64,000 bases of DNA from NCBI GenBank assembly GCA_965218795.1, contig OZ244653.1, forward strand, positions 2,304,001 to 2,368,000, given 5' to 3'. Shown piece by piece: positions 61,590-64,000 of the stretch (positions within the stretch are counted from its first letter, which is position 1; every line of letters starts with the position of its first letter). The stretch is from a bacterium (lineage in GTDB: Bacteria > UBA8248 > JACPRG01 > G963555815). The notes beneath the pieces are model-generated. The model did no database searches. It saw only the letters and a program-made list of their open reading frames with translations, and was not told the origin of the DNA. A program made the position numbers and the translations under genes.

Positions 61590-62957
61590 ATGAACAACGA
61601 TCTGAGGACCTACTGGCAGCGCCTGGAAGAAGAGCGGCCCGAGGAGGTTCTTCGCATTTCAGACCCCGTGCGGCCGGACTTCCTCCCGACGACCGTGGCG
61701 TGGCAAGCGGAGCGACTGGCCAACTCGCCCGCGGTATTCTTTGAAAACATCGAGGGGTTCGAACACCCCGTCATTTTCAATTTGTTCGGCACGCGGGAGC
61801 GCATCGCCCGGGTCGCCGGGGTGACCCCGGAGGCCTTCGGCGAGAAATGGCTGCAAGCGGAAGAAGCGCCGCTGGCGCCGGTTCCGGTTTCCTCCGGACC
61901 GGTGCAGGAGGTCGTCCTGGAAGGAAAGGAAGTGGACGTCACCCGCTTTCCTATCCTCCATCACTTCCCGCAGGACGCAGGCCGATACCTTTGCCTGGGC
62001 ATGTTCCTGTGCCGGGATCCGGACACGGGAATCGGCAATCTCTCCTATCACCGCATGCAGCTGAAAGGTCCCGACCGGTTCGGCCTCAGCCTGCATTCCC
62101 GAGGCCATCCATGGGACTTCTTCCGAAGACAAGAGGATAGAGGCGAATCTCTGGAGGTGGCCATCGTCCTGGGGGCCCATCCTGCACTCCACATTGCGGC
62201 TGGAGCGGAGATGGGAATGGATGTGGATGAGCTGGCGGTGGGAGGCGCGCTTCTGGGATCGGCCGTGGAAATGGTCCCTTGCAAGTCCATTGATCTCGCA
62301 GTTCCCGCCAATGCGGAAATCGTCCTGGAGGGGGAGATTCTTCCGCACGTCCGGGAACCTGAAGGGCCCTTCAACGAGTACACCGGCTACACCACCTCCC
62401 GCTCTACGGAGAATGTCTTCCAGGTCCGGACCATTACGCATAGACGGGACCCATGGTACCTGGACGTCATTCCGGGCTACTCCTCCGAGCACTTGCTCTT
62501 GAGCCGGGTATCGAAGGAGGCCCGTGTCTTCAAGCGCTTGAAGGAGGTGGTCCCAACCCTCAAGGCAATGAACTGCCCGAAATCGGGCACCCTCTTCCAC
62601 GCCTATATCTCATTGGAAAATACGTCCGAAGGGGTAGCGCGCCACGCTCTCCTGCTCCTGATGGGATTGGATCACTACATCAAATTCGCCGTCGCGGTGG
62701 ACGAGGACATCGATGTCTTCAACGAGGAGGAAGTTCTCTGGGCCATGGCGACCCGGATGCGGGCGGATCAAGATGTTTTCATCATTCCAGGAGATTTCAT
62801 GAACCACCTCGACCCCTCCTCGGTGGATGGGACCGTAGCCAAGATGGGCGTGGACGCCACGGCGCCCTTACATTGGGACGTGGAGCGCGTCAGAATCCCG
62901 GAGGAAATTCTCGCCGAAGCGAAAGAGTTCCTGGACCGGGCCGTTGGGAGGGGCTGA
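61590..62957 (+). CDS. UbiD-family (prFMN-dependent) decarboxylase
   Basis: NLFGTRER, DAGRY, NLSYHR, EIVLEG, EPEGPFNEYTGY, VDEDIDV..WAMATR, KMGVDAT. Confidence 0.92.
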   Translation: MNNDLRTYWQRLEEERPEEVLRISDPVRPDFLPTTVAWQAERLANSPAVFFENIEGFEHPVIFNLFGTRERIARVAGVTPEAFGEKWLQAEEAPLAPVPVSSGPVQEVVLEGKEVDVTRFPILHHFPQDAGRYLCLGMFLCRDPDTGIGNLSYHRMQLKGPDRFGLSLHSRGHPWDFFRRQEDRGESLEVAIVLGAHPALHIAAGAEMGMDVDELAVGGALLGSAVEMVPCKSIDLAVPANAEIVLEGEILPHVREPEGPFNEYTGYTTSRSTENVFQVRTITHRRDPWYLDVIPGYSSEHLLLSRVSKEARVFKRLKEVVPTLKAMNCPKSGTLFHAYISLENTSEGVARHALLLLMGLDHYIKFAVAVDEDIDVFNEEEVLWAMATRMRADQDVFIIPGDFMNHLDPSSVDGTVAKMGVDATAPLHWDVERVRIPEEILAEAKEFLDRAVGRG

Positions 62958-63181
62958 AACGCCGTCGCTTGTCAGGGAGGGCGCAATGCGTTCGTACTGA
63001 GCTTGGGTGATTTCCATCCGCAAAGGATAACATAACCCCACCCATTAGTGCTAACAGGCCCTGGTAGCTCTATAGCGGCTTCCTTGGATAGGAGTAAGCT
63101 GCCCGCTTTCTGTCCAGACACCTTACTGTCCGAATAGAAGATCGTGAAGCGGTAGAGACTCAGGGTTCTCTCCACTTTTAC

Positions 63182-63250
63182 GTAGAAGTGCTCCCCATTA
63201 AGCAGTTCATCCCGCAGCTTCCCGATGAAGGATTCCACGTAGCCGTATTG
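63182..63250 (-). mobile_element. IS3-family transposase fragment
   Basis: QYGYVESFIGKLRDELLNGEHF matches the IS3 integrase-core E-region consensus. Confidence 0.75.
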
Positions 63251-63406
63251 AGCGGATTGCCTCATCAACTCGATCAGTCGGATACCTCGTCCAATCCCGG
63301 GTGGAAGGGAACCTCCGCTTGGAAGGATCCTGAAGCCGGAAGCGGGAGACCTTCCGGCTCAACCGGAATTTTTTGAATGAAACCGGGCGAATCCGGTGAG
63401 AACACA

Positions 63407-63493
63407 TGGTGCCGGAGGGGGGAGTCGAACCCCCACGGGCGCAAGGCCCGGTGGATTTTGAGTCCACTGCGTCTACCGTTCCGCCACTCCGGC
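63407..63493 (-). tRNA. tRNA-Leu(CAA)
   Basis: GCCGGAGTGGCGGAACGGTAGACGC-GTGGA CTCAAAA TCCAC, long variable arm, GGTTCGACTCC, ends CACCA; 87 nt. Confidence 0.97.
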
Positions 63494-63705
63494 ACCGTCG
63501 AAGCCGGCAACGCGCCGCCGGGCTGGGAGCCCGGCCGACATATCCTCCATCCCGCTATATGCGGCGGGCGTCATTTTCCTTCAAAAAATTCCGCATGACA
63601 ACCGGACTGCTTTGCAGCGCGGGCTTCGTCGGGCGGGCTTCCAGCCCGCCTGTCACCGCCGGGCATGATCGGGGCACTTTCATTCTATTCGGGAGGGGAA
63701 GACGC

Positions 63706-63920
63706 ATGGCGGAGGAACAAGGGAAACCATACGGCCGGCTCATCGCCAAGGCCTGGACCGACGAGGACTTCAAGAACAGGCTCAAGACCGACCCCAAGTC
63801 CGCGATGAATGAGGTGGGCATGGACGCGCCTGAGGGGGAGGAGGCCGAAGTCGTCGAAAGCACGCAGGAGAAGGCCGGCCGGTACCCCCAAAACCCGTCG
63901 GTGAGCTCTCTGACGATTAA
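63706..63920 (+). pseudogene. NHLP (nitrile-hydratase-like leader) RiPP precursor, decayed
   Basis: LIAKAWTDEDFKNRLKTDPKSAMNEVG..EVVEST, then -1 frame VPPKPVGELSDD followed by TAA. Confidence 0.78.
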
Positions 63921-64000
63921 CTATATCGAACCATTCTCATCAGCTGTGAAACTCTACTAACATATTGATATTATTGTATAATACACATTATTCTCGATCT

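Noticed and set aside
61091-61744. Small ORFs in the M20-UbiD spacer
   Set aside because: Low-complexity translations with no motif or RBS support.
63406-63705. 5' extension of the 184-aa ORF at 63406
   Set aside because: It is the antisense of tRNA-Leu and the palindromes; real start is ATG 63706.

Overview
GC-rich bacterial chromosomal segment; the gene order (spoVG between ispE and tRNA-Gln, DciA, YybS, hppA) suggests a Deltaproteobacteria/Nitrospinota-like diderm, but taxonomy is not certain. Bases 1-49 kb are mostly housekeeping: argG, secFD-yajC-tgt, alr, dnaB, rplI-rpsR-ssb-rpsF, hppA, pth-rplY-prs-tRNA-Gln-spoVG-ispE, algC/manC/uppP, efp-pepP-aroQ-aroB-pilM, dusB-tsaD-ctpA and recA-recX. 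Bases 49-64 kb are accessory: catabolic genes (amidohydrolase, MFS, mesaconyl-CoA transferase-like, tautomerase, M20, UbiD), a disrupted EVE-domain nuclease, IS481/IS3/RAYT debris, tRNA-Leu and a decayed NHLP RiPP precursor. Most notable observations: an ftsE-ftsX-envC operon collapsed into a ~640-bp fusion scar, a frameshifted recA, an EVE-PD-(D/E)xK nuclease broken by an exact 11-bp duplication, an Mct-like CoA transferase followed by a tautomerase, and an unidentified hairpin-rich intergenic region near 21.5-21.7 kb. All calls come from reading motifs by eye; no database searches were run.
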